Assembly (NCBI RefSeq): GCF_006345805.1
Contig: NC_043008.1
Location: 52,886,001 to 52,950,000, forward strand
DNA: 64,000 nucleotides
From: Octopus sinensis
Lineage: Eukaryota
Direction of reading: 5' to 3'
Part shown: one piece after another, positions 63,538 to 64,000 of the stretch
Layout of the letters: each line of letters starts with the position of its first letter
How positions within the stretch are numbered: position 1 is the stretch's first letter
Notes under the pieces: generated by a model
Databases searched by the model: none
What the model was told of the DNA's origin: nothing
The model's input: the letters and a program-made list of their open reading frames with translations, nothing else
Translations under genes and position numbers: made by a program

Positions 63538-63563
63538 GTTGTTGAAATATAGCAAAGTCTCAT

Positions 63564-63983
<420 letters not shown>

Positions 63984-64000
63984 TCAATCGGTAGCAACTG

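Overview
AT-rich, repeat-dense eukaryotic DNA. The SINE families, microsatellite load and gene style suggest an octopus (coleoid cephalopod) genome; this is inferred, not proven. Two host genes are recognisable, both on the minus strand. One is the first coding exon of a FRMD5/FRMD3-like FERM-domain gene (10798-10896), with a CRE palindrome about 520 bp upstream; positions 1-10797 are its intron 1. The other is an intronless canonical histone H3 gene with its 3' stem-loop (63564-63974). The 52 kb between them is mostly decayed mobile DNA: at least four tRNA/RTE-related SINE families, several mariner/Tc1 relics, two hAT transposase relics, hAT/piggyBac/pogo-type MITEs, a complete non-autonomous Helitron, Gypsy, RTE and CR1 fragments, and several long fold-back palindromes. 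Almost all long ORFs in the supplied track are microsatellite or transposon artefacts. The most unusual structures are: (1) a five-unit head-to-tail SINE multimer bounded by one TSD inside a hAT MITE, with one B box replaced by a copy of DNA from 1.7 kb away; (2) direct repeats whose hairpin loops are in flip/flop orientation around a ~175 bp tandem array; (3) a chain of phase-compatible candidate minus-strand exons at 51-59 kb, with a hammerhead-like motif in a predicted intron. I saw no prokaryote-type systems such as CRISPR arrays or operons. All alignments were done by eye, so repeat boundaries are approximate unless a TSD or TIR is quoted.
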